Below are positions 14,280-26,837 of a stretch of DNA of 64,000 nt, in pieces. The translations under genes and the position numbers were made by a program. The notes under the pieces were generated by a model. That model was not told the origin of the DNA. It saw only the letters and a list, made by a program, of their open reading frames with translations, and made no database searches. Source of the DNA: Camelus dromedarius (lineage: Eukaryota); NCBI RefSeq assembly GCF_036321535.1, contig NC_087436.1, positions 10,974,001-11,038,000 on the forward strand. Direction: 5' to 3'. Each line of letters starts with the position of its first letter. Positions within the stretch are counted from its first letter, which is position 1.

Positions 14280-14763
14280 TGTATTAGTTCTTCAGAAAAA
14301 TAGAACCAATAAGGTGTGTGTGTATGTGTGTGTGCATGTGTGCATATGTATGAATGTATTTATGTATGTGTGTATATATGTATTTTAAGGAACTGGCTCA
14401 GACTGGCAAGTCTAAAATTTGCAGGGCAGATTGACAGGCTGGAGACCCAGGAGAGCCAATGTCCCAATTTGAGTCTGAAGTCTGCCTGCTGAAGAACCAG
14501 GAAGAGCTGATGTGTCAGGAGAAGGCAGTCTGCCGGCAAATTCTCTCTTGCTGGGGAGGCCAGTCTCTCTATCCTATTCAAGCTTTGAACTGAGTGGATA
14601 AGGCCTACCTACATTATAGATGGCATCTGCTTTACGGAAAGTTCATTGATTTAAATATTAATCTCATCCAAAAACATCCTCACGGAAATATTCAGAATAA
14701 TGTTTGATGAAATATCTGGGCATCTCATCACCAACCAAGTTGACACAAGAAATTAACCATTGT
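14280..14763 (-). mobile_element. MLT2 (ERVL) LTR
   Basis: 'tgtattag...agaaccaata..(tg)n..tttaaggaactggctca', 'ggctggagacccagg', 'ccaagttgacaca..aaattaacca'. Confidence 0.9.
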
Positions 14764-14848
14764 ACCATTAGGTGATGTAGCTATTACATTGGAAGGAGAA
14801 AGTTGACTAGGAATAAGAGAGGGGAAATGGGCAAGGATCTGTTATGCA

Positions 14849-15237
14849 TCTGCCTGAAAACAAAATACAGCTGAGTAAATTCAAAGATATAATTGGCTTT
14901 ATTCAAGGATTCCTGAATCAGGGAGCAACCCATCCTGCAAATAGAAAGGAGCTCTAAAGAGCTGCAGGAAAGGAAAGGTTTTTAAAGGCAGAAAAAGGGT
15001 GAGACAGAAAAGTCATAAACAAAAGGATTATTTCAGGCAGAATCACCTTCCTTTGGGAGAAGGCAGCGGGTATCAATAGGATTACCTCACTAGTGCTGGC
15101 CAGGTAATCCCAGACAGACTGGTTAAGATTACACTTCTAGGACAGGATGAAACTGTAATCAGGTTAGGTATTAAGTCTTGGTTTGATGATGTAGGGTTTA
15201 GCACAAGGGACTCCATGCCTGTTTCTCTTTTTTAACG
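14849..15237 (-). mobile_element. ERV1-type solo LTR (same family as 9400-9766)
   Basis: Colinear with the 9.4-kb copy. Confidence 0.75.
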
Positions 15238-17577
15238 TGTATTTTGGACGTCCATACTTATGGGTTAGCCCTGCAAGGAAGCAAAGTAGATGGGATTGAG
15301 TGAACAGACTACATCCTGGTACAGAATGCAAGTGCTTTATGTGAAGAAGTAACAGGTATTTTCCCCAGGGAGCTCTCTGCAGATGTTCAACCAAGAATAA
15401 CCCTTTAATCAAACATTCCCTTAAGTCTTCACTATTCTTTTCAATCCAATGGAAGTTTTAAATAAGGTAAAGATAGTGTTAATAAACTAATAAAAGTTCA
15501 GAAGAAGTATTTTTATCTCATTTTGATAGTTGACACAGGCAGGCTTTCCTTTCTTCACCTTTTCATTATTACAGCGCTTAAATTGGGTGTCTCACACCAC
15601 AGGCCTTTGTTAATATCCAGTGGTCAATCAGGTAGCTCATTTGGTAAAGGTTTTTAGAAGAAGAAAATTTCCCCTGCTTGCTGCAGCCAATTCTCCAACA
15701 CCAAGAGACACACTAATTAAAATTTGCTTATTTGGGGAGTCAGATCACAGAAGGTTTTAGTTAGTAAAGTTCTGATTATTATCTAAAGTTGCACCATTAA
15801 TAAAAAAGTTTAGACAAAAATAGTTTGCTCAAAATCTAAAGGGAATGGAAAAGCAAGAGAAGAAAAGAAAAATGACTCATCTATGGTGAACAAAGGAGGT
15901 AATAATTAGGGGGAGAGAGAAGGCTAGAAGGAAGAGTCAGTCCCCAAAATGTCAGCATTTTTAGCCCCTCATGAGTATACTCTTTAATTTTGAACATTCT
16001 ATCTGAGAAATTCACAGGCAAAGCTGCTTTAATCTAAAAATGGTGCATTTCTCACACTAAACGAATTGATGATACATTAAATTAATGGCCCAGAATAGGA
16101 GAAAAGGTCCAATGTTCACAGGGTGAGATTGACAAGGTCAGTCTGAAAGTACAGTGTGCGCCACTCATGAACACATCTTCACTGACCGTGGAGGGTCCAC
16201 GGTCACATATTTAGGATAACATCTGATTGTGCTATGATAACACAGACCTACTAAGGTATTACAGACCTATGGGTGTGTCTCCTTATTCTTGTATGTTAGG
16301 TCAAATTTACGACTTAAAGAAAGTGAATGGCTCTTGAGAGATTTATAGGCAAGAGGACAATTGGAAATCAACTTACTGCTTCTGCATATTTCATTATTTA
16401 TCATAAAATTAAAATATGACAGGCACAACCAAACTGAATGGTTAAACAAAAATCAGTCATTCTCATAAACTGTTTTTAGTTCATATAATTGAAAAGCATA
16501 ATACTTTTGGGATTGACCTGGCTGGTTATTTCTGTTTCAGAGGAAAATGCAATCTGCTTAGAGGACTGAACTTAAGAGTTCGGAGCATCATGGCCATTTT
16601 TTTTTATACTGAGTTCACCTCTTCCACCTACCCCTATTCTATCTAAATATGAATAAAACAAAGTCACACTAAATATATGTATATAATGTATATATCAAAC
16701 CTCCAAAAGTCTGGTCAAAGCAAAAGGGAAAGAGGTAGGTTTGGAAACTTTATAGTAAGCCTGAGATGACAGGAGGAAAGAAGTACTATGTGGGAGGCTC
16801 CAAGAAGGTGAAGACTTGGGAAGGGAGAGGGGCTGCTTGTAAAAGTTACCCTTTGTCCCAGATGTCATTCATATACCCTGGTAACACTGAAATGGTGGCC
16901 ACTGAATAAGCTACAGCTCATCTAACCCACAAATAGCAACATTTCACTCATTTGAATACAAAATCCAGTACTCCTAGTTTGAGCTCACTTTTAGCTTCCT
17001 CAGGTAAGGCCTCTTGCTGTTTAAAAGGTGTGGCAAAGAAATAACAAGGAATCTCACCCACCACGCCAAAAAAAAAAAAAAAAAAAAAAAGAAAAGAGGA
17101 AGAATCAATCCTTTTCATGCCTGTGTGGGCAGGAAAGAGAACTGACCTTAGGATCAGGCACTCAGAGTTTCCAGGAGAGGATGAGCAGTGCCAGTGCTTC
17201 ACGGATTCCATGCTTTTCTTTACTGTCGGATTTCCCTCCATCACTCTTTGGCTACTGCTGCCACAGGAGGTCTGACTATTCCCAGTGAGGCCAGAGGGTC
17301 ACCAAGGACCTCAACTGTGGGACTGAGCTCTCTGTCCAAGGATGCAGGGTGAGGGAACACCTCCCGGGAAGACTGTCTGTGGGAGTTAATACAGCTGGAA
17401 AGTTGTTCTGCATCCTCAAGTGGCCCTACACAGGAGAGGGCAGAGGCAGCAGAGCAGGCCTTCCAGAACGTGCTGAGCCCACCACAGTGACTGACAGAGG
17501 GTGCTTGTCTTTGGAAAGGATGAAGTAAAGTTTGGTTGCCAACATGTGGATCCTGATTCATTTTAAAAAATATAAGT

Positions 17578-17990
17578 TGTGGTGCATTAAAAGTAGGCAG
17601 AAATGCTGATCATTGTATCAAAGAATGGGGTCCATGTCCCCTCCTCTGAGTCTGATTGGGCTCTGTGACTTCTTGATCAATAAAATACAGGAGATAGGAT
17701 GCTGTGACAAATTTCTAAGCCCAGGCATTAAGTGATCAGTAGCTTTCATTCTTGTCTTGTGGAACACTCCCTCTTATAACCCAGCATTCAAACTGTGAAG
17801 AATCCCAAGCAGCCTGTGGTGAGACCCACGTGGACAGTAAACGGGCCCCTGGCTGACAGTCCAGCACAGCTCCCAGCCACCAGCCAACACCGCCCTTGGC
17901 AGCCATGTGAGTCATTGTGGAAGCAGAACCACCAACCCAGCCAAGCTACCCTGTGGACACCACCACATCTCGGCAGAGCAGAGATGCAGT
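17578..17990 (+). mobile_element. MaLR LTR (MLT1F/G-like)
   Basis: 'tgtggtg...ggggtccatgtccc...gggctctgtgact', 'cccaagcagcc', 'cagccatgtgagt'. Confidence 0.8.
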
Positions 17991-18578
17991 AATAAGTAGG
18001 CAAATCAAAGATACACTGAGTTGGCTGTTTTGGAAAGAGGAGTAGGGTAAGCACAGCTAAGAAAAGAGGTTTGACAATCTATATACGCAATGAACACTGT
18101 CCAAATTTAGAATAAACAAAAATGTGACATTTATCTTGTGGAGATGGGACTAGAAATGACTTGATAACAAAAACTATTCTTATCGTTGAAATGCCTGGAA
18201 ACTACTATTTTGTCAGAGAAATATGTTTTAACTTTTACAGCTTATCAAATACAATATACACATATATTTGTAACATACCACACACTATTATTATCATCTT
18301 CAAATACAACAAATGTTTGCAAACTAAACTCTAAGAGAGAACAGTGATGCTGAGTTTTCCCTCAGCCCTTTCGAGCAGGAGAACTGCAGAATGCCTGAGA
18401 GGCCTCACTGAAAGTCTCCGGGACCAAGACTACATAGGGTTTTAAAGATCAAAGTAACATATGCAGACTTCACCGACTTCAGATGTTAAATCACATCATG
18501 AAAGCCTTTTTATTCTTGGAAAACTCTATTGGATTTTGTCAGACAATTTGTGTACAACTTTCCCATTTCTCTGTTGTA

Positions 18579-18744
18579 ATTATTGGAGGTATTTGCATGA
18601 AAACAGGATCTTTATTTTTAAGGGTTCATCTGTTCCCGCTGTTTTACCCTCACTTGAAGTCATAATCCAGCATAAGACAAATAGCAAGAGAAGATAAACT
18701 TCAAAGACAAAGATCTTGTTTTCATGCAAATGATTCCAGCAGTG
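18579..18744. repeat. Imperfect inverted repeat with ~70-bp arms and an octamer motif in each arm
   Basis: 18591-18613 atttgcatgaaaacaggatcttt is the reverse complement (22/23) of 18709-18731 aaagatcttgttttcatgcaaat; similarity extends both ways. Confidence 0.9.
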
Positions 18745-19699
18745 TTTTTGAAGTCAAACAGAAGATTGATGGTATGCAAATAACATTGTAATACTTTTTT
18801 TCCTGTATATTCTAGGATATTTTTCCCAAAGTGCTTGCTGTACCAAGAAAATTTAGTGTTCAGAGGAAATGGTAAACATTTCACTTATCAAATGCCAAGA
18901 AATATTAGCAGGAAATTCAGCTGTAACTGAAATGTATTAAGGTAGATCAAATGCCACTTTGAATAAGGTTCACATTGTGTTTAACCAACACTTTCAAAAA
19001 CCAAATAATTCTATCATGGTTTTGGAAATTTCTCAAAACTGGGCACAGGATTCCTTATAGTAATGTGCCTTTTCTCATGCATTTATTTTTCCAGATTTAA
19101 ATTTGATTGCTCCTCAATAATATTCTCTCAAATTTATAAGGTATCATTAATATTAATTAATAAATTCACATATGTGCTCTTGTTTGGTTCTTCAAAAATC
19201 TTTTGAAGAATACAAAGATATTACTAAGCCCATATTTTAAATTAAAAACTAATCAGAGAAATTAAATTGCTTGCTTCTAAATCATGTGACTAAGCAATGT
19301 TACATCTAGTCTAGAATTCAGGAATTCTGGCTTTCGGATTCTGTATTTATCCACAATATTATGCATATAAAAAAGATCCTTGGAATACTTATAAGAAATT
19401 AATTTACAAAGTAATAAAATTATAATAAAATATATACTTTACTGTGAAAGTTACCATAAAATTGAATCAAGGGGAGAGACATTCATTAGGAGTGAGTTCA
19501 TTTGTTTTGCAAATGATGAGAATAGTTTATTTCTGGAAAGAGGATTTTGAAATTATGGAACAAATGCTTATATTTTGTTTCCATATGTCCTAAAGATACT
19601 TCAAGCTATAACATTTACATAACATTAGTCTAGAAAAGAGATTACCATGATAGGAAAACAAATGTGAACTCAATTCCACCTGGTTTGCAAATATCTACT

Positions 19700-20515
19700 G
19701 GAAATATCTACTGTAAAAGTCAATTCTCACAGGATCCAGAAAGTTTAACCCCAAAGTTTGTCCAAGAAAGTGAAGATCTTTAATGTCAAAGGAGGTAGCA
19801 AAGGTGCAGTGACAACAGTGTCTCTGGTTTCCCACAAGAATGTGAGACACCTCCAATCACACCTGTGACACTGGGCAAACACAGCTGGAATGGGACATTT
19901 CCAGCAGTAACAAGATGATGAAGGTTGAGATGACAATGGCCCTTTATGTACCAGGACCACTCATGACAAACTACTCTGAGCAGTCACATGGTAGGACAGA
20001 GAATGCTGCTCCTCAGATCCACTGCCTATGCCACCAGAGGCATGCTGTCACATGCATCCTTCAACTGGCAGAACCAGACAGAATATTCTCACTGGTCACA
20101 AAGCCAAGCTCTGAAGACACAGAACAAGATGAAAGGAAAACTTCCTTACATCTGTGGTTCCCCTCCTTATGACAAATGACACAAAAGACAGAGACAAAAG
20201 AAAACGATGACCATCTCTGTGAGAAAAGGGATCAATAGAAAACAAGAACACTCAAAACAAATGTTTACCAAAGTTACTACACCCAAGGAACTAATTCACA
20301 CAAATATTGTGCCCTGATAGTTTCAATTTGAGAAGGAAGGAACAAGAAATGTTTACCTTCCTCTCTTGACTGGGCACTGCAGAATGACATCCAGGACAGT
20401 TGACTTGGATAAGAATTCTTATCCTTTGCTGGCTTCTACCAGTTTTCTAGTATCCTGGCTGCAATCTCCAGAAAGAATATGGTGTCTTAGAAAGTCCCAT
20501 CCTAGGTTCCCAAAC
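19700..20515 (-). mobile_element. ERV1 (MER4-group-like) internal leader with degenerate primer-binding site
   Basis: Abuts the LTR 3' end; minus strand reads ca|gtttgggaacctaggatgggact; 'aagaattctta' leader motif. Confidence 0.7.
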
Positions 20516-21043
20516 TGTGGGAGAGGAAAAATAATTTTTTCTCTACCCTTCTAGGTTCTTGGCTGAGATGGCCATGTAATAAAAAGGCAGATTAACAGTT
20601 AAAAAACAAACAAACAAACAAATTTCATAACATGTATACCTCCTGTAAACATAGGAAAGACCCACGAAAAATAACTTCCTGAAATGGCCCAAGTCATCAC
20701 CTTAAATGTCATCTATAAGTAAAGACAAAAGATGTTGGGGGCCAGGAGAAAATGAGTTATAAATGGTTAGTAAACAAGGGTAATTTTGTTATCCAGATTT
20801 AAGCTATTGCCTTCTCCATTGATCAAATTTTCTAGAAACATCCTTCTCTCCCTGGTTCAAAAAGGGATCCACCCTTGCAAAATTGAATTTTCCCTTATAA
20901 ATGTGAATGTCTCTTACAAAACTGTATCTTCTACTCAGTTTTCAGAGCTTCACCTGTGTGCTGATTCTTAAAAACCAGGCTAAAATAAATAATCAATATA
21001 CCAGAGAAGTATATTATATGGTGACAAGTTCTGCTTCCCTTCA
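20516..21043 (-). mobile_element. MER34-like ERV1 LTR (5' LTR of a truncated provirus)
   Basis: TG...CA termini, full-length similarity to the other copies, no TSD, followed by PBS and leader. Confidence 0.85.
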
Positions 21044-21517
21044 ACTCAAAGGGGACTCTTAGAAAAAAGGAAACAGCCTGGTGAGTTTATGATTGATTCC
21101 TCAGTTCTCTGCTTCTTAAAAATATAACCAGAATGACAATCTCAGTCTCTTTCTCTCTCTCCCTCCCATCTTGGAATTTAGCTTCCACTAAAGTTTTTGA
21201 AATTTAAATTTAAAATTTATTATAATACATTTTTCTATAATTTAAAGTGTGTTATTATGTGGATAGGCTTCTAATGTAACTAACCAAAGCATCAGTCACT
21301 GGTCAAAGCTTGTGCAGTGCACAAATTTAATAGTTAATAGTTTCCTCTAATTTCTTGCTGTCAAACACATAAAACACAGAATAAGTCTTTTTGCTAAGTT
21401 TGTATCAAAATATAAGGAGAAATGTAAAGCTTAGCTAAGTTACCTTTTTTATTCTATCTCTTCCTATAAAAAATATATATACACATCATACACATAAAAG
21501 AAGTTTGTGCATGTTAA

Positions 21518-21945
21518 TGTGTCTGTCAGCTTTGGCTGAGTAACAAATCAACCCAAAACTTACTAGTGTCAAACAATAATGATTTATTATTTTTCTTATG
21601 ACTCTAGGTCTCCTGATGATCCCACATAGACTCACATAAACAGCTGTCTTCAGCTGGAGGGTTGTTGTGGGATAGCTGGTATAGCTGGGCCCTTCTCTCC
21701 ATCTGATCTCTTATCCTTTAGGAAGCTAGTCCAAGCCTCCTCAAGAGAGAACAGCAACATCCCCAAAGAACAAGCTCCAGTGCATGCATACATAAAATCT
21801 GTTTACCATGTGTTTGCTGATGTCCCATTGGCCAAAAGAAATCACCTGGCCACGTCCAGTATCAAAATGGGAGGGGACAATCAACACATGCTGGTATGGC
21901 TACCAGGAGGCATGGCTCATTGAGGTAAACCAGTGTAACCATGTA
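21518..21945 (-). mobile_element. MaLR LTR (MLT1-type)
   Basis: 'gtaacaaatcaacccaaaactta...aaacaata..atttattatt', 'tgtcccattggccaaaagaaatcacctggcca'. Confidence 0.8.
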
Positions 21946-22424
21946 CCATTGTGGGAAAAAAATTGCTACTTTGAAATAAACAACTTGTGTGTTTAGACAA
22001 AATCATTCTAGAGGAGTGTAACCAGATTATCTGAGTGCTTTTATAGTGGGGAAGCTTGCAGGTCAGGAAGAGTCCCTATTTCACTACAATGATGTTTATA
22101 ATAAAAATAAATACCAAGAGCTTTATAAAGGAAACACAGTACCTTTATTTAGAAGCACGAGCGTATGATTGTTACTGAGACTCACTATGTACTTGGTGCT
22201 TAATCAGATGAACTATATATGTCCTCATTTAATTTAATGTAATAGATAATGCAAGAATTTTTTGTTAAATAAAGTCAATGCCAAATATAATCCTGAATGC
22301 TCACTTATTAAGCATTGTGCTTAACTATTTCATCACTTTGACTAATATTTTGAAGACATAAGTTCTAAATAAAACTAACAGTTTATGAACAGTCATTGGG
22401 ATATTCATGCTTGTTGCCCTATAA

Positions 22425-22680
22425 ATCAGTTAGGATTGATTCACTCTTGAGTAACAAAGTTCCAAAATAACAGAGGCTTAAAGGGGAGAGGAGTTAGTTT
22501 GTTTCTCACAGAGAAGGCTGGAGGTAGGCAGTGTAGGGTTACACTCCCCTGCTTTGAAGCTTCTGGTACCCAGAGTGTTTCCAGGTTGTCACTCTCATTC
22601 CTACATCATTGCTTTGGATACATGACTGCACATTGCTGCAAGGGAAGCTGGGAAATGCTGTCCTAGGCTTTTTCCCTTTG
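22425..22680 (-). mobile_element. Old MaLR LTR fragment (MLT1J-like)
   Basis: 'gtaacaaagttccaaaataacagaggcttaa', 'gctgcaagggaagctgggaaatg'. Confidence 0.6.
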
Positions 22681-23704
22681 CATTTATTCACTCTTACTAA
22701 AGTGAATGGAGAATGGATATCAGGAGATGAAGGCAAACTTGGCTTCAACTTATATGCATGGCATCCTCAATCCCCGGGGTCAGAGATAGAGTCCCTGCCC
22801 TTAGAAAAGATGGTGTCTCTGAGTGATACTAGTTAACTGACAAGAATATAAGCACACGTGGCCTTATTAACACCATATTCTAACCATCACTTTCCAGGAT
22901 ACGGAGAAAGCTGATGCATTTGCAGCTACAGAACTAGCTGCATGCGGAGCTGTTGAAATAGTCACAGCCACTGCGACTCATTGAAATTCACATGAAGAGG
23001 CAAGGAGGCTTCCAGTGGAAAGTCAGTCAGTCAAGCGGTGTCTCAGGGGATGGGAACGCATTAAGAAAGTGGGAGAGGCTGAGTAATCAGCAGGGGGAGT
23101 TGGCTGGGAAAGAAAAGAGCTGCCTTAGACTCAGGCATTATAAAATGAAATTAAAAAAAAAAAAGAAACGAAATTTTCTAGTAAATTAAAACTAAGGGCA
23201 AATGTTACTGCTCTATACTCTACTTTTCACGTAAAGGTGGTTCACTGGTTTTTAGATATTCATTTTATAGTGATTGAAACACCACATGGTTTAATGACTT
23301 TTCTTACCACGTTTCTTATGCATGTCTTCAGAAACTCATACAAACTTACACACATTTGTTTCCCATCCAGGTCCAGCTCAGCTCCAGCAATCTTTCTAGG
23401 CATTCAGGATACACCCGTGTCACCAAAGGAGAGCAACTAGAGCTGACCCCAGCCTCTTCAAGGGTCTACTTCAGGGAAGGAAGCCAGAGATTCTGAGAGA
23501 TTCTTGAGGTAGACCAGCTCTTCAAGAAGTACTGCCACAAATGACACTTGTAGCATTTCCTCCACTCATAGCTATTTCCAAATCTTCTCAGGTCAACTTG
23601 ATTTACTCAGTGTGTTTTATTGGATCGAAATGGTTTTACCATGGGAACTATTTTACTAACTCAAACTTTATCCATAGCCTTATGAATACTGGTCTCTGCC
23701 TAAA

Positions 23705-24015
23705 TAGGCAAACATATTTACAAAACAGAGACAGACTCACAGACACAGAAAACAAACTTATGGTTACCAGGGGCAAAAATAGGTGGACGGATAAAGTGAG
23801 AGTTCCAAATTTGCAGATATGAACTATTACATATGAAATAGATAAACAAAAGGTTTCTATTGTATAGCACAGGGAACTATATTCAATATCTTGTAGCAAT
23901 CTATAATGAAAATGAATATATGTGTGTATATGTATGACAGAACTATTATGCTGTACACTAGAAATTGACACATTGTAATCTGACTATACTTTAATTTTAG
24001 AAAAAATAAAAATAA
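23705..24015 (+). mobile_element. L1 3'UTR fragment (cetartiodactyl/camelid type)
   Basis: 'acagactcacagacacagaaaacaaacttatggttacc...tgtatagcacagggaactatattcaatatcttgt' plus A-rich tail. Confidence 0.9.
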
Positions 24016-25199
24016 ATATGTAAATAACATCAGTGAGTGAAAAAACCAGGTCCTGAATAAAGGAAATTTATGTGTTGACTCCAGATCTACAGAAGGACTG
24101 ATTCTAAAGGAAATGCTTAGTTTCTACACTAAATCTCAGTTGTTCTGTCAGCTCCAGTGCCTGAAACTCATGTCTGTTTCTTCAAAGCAGCCCTGCCACC
24201 TGCCCTGCGATGCTGATTGTTACAAATTAGACTGCCGCTGCTCCCCTGTGGGCAGCCTGCTGGAACCTATAGATTTCCTATTGAGCTGCTAGGGCTGCAC
24301 TTCAGGTTTGCGTAAGAGCCAATTTAAGCAGATTGGAGCAGTAAAAGCAATCCTGCCACATAGTCAGCCTTGGAACTCTCATCAGGATGGATCTGAAGAG
24401 GAGGAAGGAATCGCCAGCACACAGAGTGAACAGTGCCACCTGCCAGAAGGCGTGCAGGCTGGGAGCTGGCCCCCTTACCTGCCCGCTCTCCCTCTCGCTT
24501 TTCTCACCTACAAGACTGGGGGGATAACACCTAATTCCCATGGAAACATGAATTAGAGATAATACATAGGAAATACCTACCATAGTCTGAGATACAATAC
24601 TGCTTGGTTTTTATTATTATTATAAAAAGTGAAAGAACTTTGGTTTCGACAACGTAGAAAATCAAATATTTTTCTTTATCACAAATATTCAAAACCGAGT
24701 CCTTTTAAGGCATTTATGATTTTAAGATTATTGTACCCCCTTGTATAACTAAAAGGGAAATCAGTAATAAACATCAAGATGAGTTTTAGGAAGCTTAACA
24801 AATTTCCAATTTTTTCCACTAGGATTACTTTTTTTTTCAAGAAATGGTAATAGTCAAAATCACCTGCTTGAAACACATTTTTAGTTTGCCTTAGGATACT
24901 CTAGTACTACTTAAAATATACTTTAATCACTTTCACTTAACAATGTCCATTCTTCCTTGATCTTTTTACTAAGGATTTCAAAAGGAGTCTATGGAACATT
25001 TTACTAAGAAAAACTGAGATATTGCCTAAATAGAAAACAGAATGTAAATGTCTATATTGAATATATTGGGTGATACTCTTGGAGTCCTGAGGGAAACACT
25101 GAATTTTTATGACTTGAAAATTAAATCAAAATGTGTGTCTAAAAGCAGAATGGCATCTTGTGAAGAGCCCAGACTTGGACCTGGAGGACCCATTAGAAT

Positions 25200-26370
25200 T
25201 TATTCATTCAATCAAAGAACATTTATGGAGTGCTTGCATTATGCCAAACAATGTAAATAATGTGGTGAGCATGACTGTATTGCCTGCCTTCCTGCCGTCC
25301 CTGTCTTGTGGGGAAGAAAGTCAGTGTACACAAAATTGTGAGGGGTGAAAATAGAAAAGTAAAATGTACTGTGGACTCAGGAGAGAGAGACCAAAACACT
25401 TCTAAGGAATCAAGGAAGTCCCTCTGAAGAAGTGCCTTCTTTTTTTACTTTTTAATTTATTGAAGTATAGTCAGTTACAATGTGTCAATTTCTGCTGTAC
25501 AGCACAATGTCCCAGTCATGCATACACATACATATATTTGTTTTCACATTCTTTTTTATTATAGGTTACTGTAAGATATTAAATATGTTCCCTGTGCTAT
25601 ACAATAAAAATGTTTTTATCTATTTTTATATATAGTAGCTAATATTTGCAAATCTCGAACCTCTAATTTATCCCTTCCTACCCCCTTTCCCCCAGGTTAC
25701 CATACGATTGTTTACTATATCCGTGAGTCTGTTTCTGATTTGTAGATACATTCATTAGTGTCTATGCCTTTAAAGTAAGATCTGATTGTTCAAAAATGCT
25801 AAAGTACGGGGTGGGTAGGGGAGGAGGCAATAGGGCAGGAGGCAGTAGATGAGGCAGAATGGGAAAGTAAATGTTTATTCTACAGAAGGGAGTTTCATAG
25901 GGAAGTGACATGACTATGTTGGCTTTTTAAACTGTGTTTCCAGCTAAGGAGTAGAGCATTGGTCAGAGGGCAACAAAGGGTGGGTGTAAGGAGATCCACA
26001 AAGAGCCCCTTGCAATGGGACATGTAGGGTGTAAACCAAGTGACAGGCATGGAGATGAAGAAGGATAGGATGGTTTCCAAGGCTAGAACTAACAGCTCTG
26101 TAAACAAGGGCTTGATGTTCAACAATCAAGATGGAGAGAAAGAACAAGAGCCAAATATGATGTCCAGATACAAGGTGGAGGAGCTGAGTAGGTAGGGATG
26201 CACTTCACCAACCCAGAAAACACAGAAGAATAGAAAGTTTGGGGCTGAAAATGATAAGCGGGCTTAAAAATCCCCAAAGGAAGGTGTCCAGTAGGCAAAT
26301 ACACACATTTGGGTTTCTGTTCTGGAGTCTGGGCTGAGAAAAAGTCTTAAAAAGTGCTTGGCAAAATACA
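25200..26370 (-). mobile_element. L2 fragments, interrupted by an L1 at 25440-25762
   Basis: 'tattcattcaatcaaagaacatttatggagtgc', 'ggtgtccagtaggca'. Confidence 0.65.
25440..25762 (-). mobile_element. L1 3'UTR fragment (same family as 23705 and 31331)
   Basis: Poly-T followed by the reverse complement of the same 3'UTR. Confidence 0.9.
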
Positions 26371-26542
26371 AAGCACATGAACATTCAGTAAGAGTGAATT
26401 CTATTTATTAGTAATAGTATTATGAGTAATATTACATCAGCACATAAAAGTGTAATTATTACCAATGCAGAAAAGACTTCCAGAGAACTAAAGCCAATCA
26501 AACATTTCAAAAGTTATTTTATTTATTTTGAAATGGTGGTGA

Positions 26543-26656
26543 GGGGAGGATATAGCTCAGTGGTAGAGCACATGCTTAGCAAGCACCAGGTCTGGGTTCA
26601 ATCCCCAGGACCTCCATAAATAAATAAACACCTTCTTCCCCATCCGCCAAAATTAA
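26543..26656 (+). mobile_element. tRNA-Ala-derived SINE (camelid vic-1-like)
   Basis: Head 'ggatatagctcagtggtagagcacatgcttagcaagcaccaggtctgggttcaatccccaggacctcca' with A and B boxes, (taaa)n tail; TSD tgaaatggt at 26529-26537 and 26657-26665. Confidence 0.8.
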
Positions 26657-26837
26657 TGAAATGGTAAACTTGTACCCAATGAAAAGATAAAGGAAAAATT
26701 CTGTACTCTTATGCCTCAGAAGGAAGCATCCTAGTCCACTAATTGCTTAACCTCCAGTGAAGTTATCTCTCCTCTAGTTAATCAATTGCTTTTCAAAGTT
26801 CTCCTGGCCTTAGCTTAAATCTCTTTTGGCAATGGAG

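Noticed and set aside
26543..26617. tRNA-Ala gene
   Set aside because: Stems are mismatched, there is no T-run terminator, and the A-rich tail and TSD indicate a SINE
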